A stretch of 64,000 nt of DNA from Octopus sinensis (taxonomy: Eukaryota): positions 8,866,001 through 8,930,000 of the forward strand of contig NC_043011.1 in NCBI RefSeq assembly GCF_006345805.1, read 5' to 3'. Under the pieces are notes generated by a model. It was given only the letters and a program-made list of their open reading frames with translations. It ran no database searches and was not told the DNA's origin. Within the stretch, counting starts at the first letter, position 1. Every line of letters begins with the position of its first letter. This document shows positions 63,706 through 64,000 of the stretch, one piece after another. The position numbers and the translations under genes are program-made.

Positions 63706-63970
63706 TATAAGGGTAGCAAAAAATTCAATAGAAATTTTTTCGCCACCAGCGGTCTAGTGAGAAAGAAAATACAGTCAACAGACTATACAATGTACATTCA
63801 ACAATAATATTAAGGAGTGGCCTTAATAGGCCATTCAACCCACTAAAACGAGCAGCCAAACTCAAACCGCTAAATAGTAGTAATTCAGAAATCAAAGGAA
63901 AATTAAAAACATTTACCCTAATCATCTTTGGACTATGCATAGTTTCGACGTACTTTTTGGTAAACCAGCT

Positions 63971-64000
63971 TAATTAAATTAAATTAAATTAAATTAAATT
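63971..64000. repeat. (AAATT)n pentanucleotide repeat at the window edge
   Basis: Seen directly. Confidence 0.9.

Overview
Repeat-dense animal genomic DNA, most likely an octopus. This is an inference from its tRNA-derived SINE families, RTE/CR1/Dong LINE remnants and very large (TATG)n/(TA)n microsatellites. The only intact gene I can support is sideroflexin-5 (SFXN5) on the minus strand: 11 coding exons from 57518 to 23583, all introns GT-AG, 987 nt CDS, 328 aa, including a 26-nt microexon. I rebuilt it exon by exon. The rest is mostly mobile DNA: two decayed Penelope-like elements (one resembling the Naiad clade), a CR1-type LINE, RTE-type LINE fragments, a Dong/R4-type endonuclease fragment, several SINE families, MITEs, a Helentron-associated (HINE/Pearl-like) element and multi-kb microsatellites. 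The least explained signal is a set of long fold-back (inverted-repeat) elements sitting in or beside TA-rich microsatellites, several with decayed hammerhead-ribozyme-like motifs. One near-complete minimal hammerhead lies at 11726-11772 (minus) and a decayed one at 22445-22475. Together these suggest a family of non-autonomous Penelope-derived, ribozyme-bearing fold-back elements that put long dsRNA stems into SFXN5 introns. A second notable observation is a CR1 LINE and a SINE sharing a 3' tail in which two stem-loops are conserved in structure but not sequence. No prokaryotic-type system (CRISPR, operon) is present. The very long ORFs in the track are microsatellite artefacts. Repeat boundaries are approximate; exon and hairpin coordinates were counted from the sequence.
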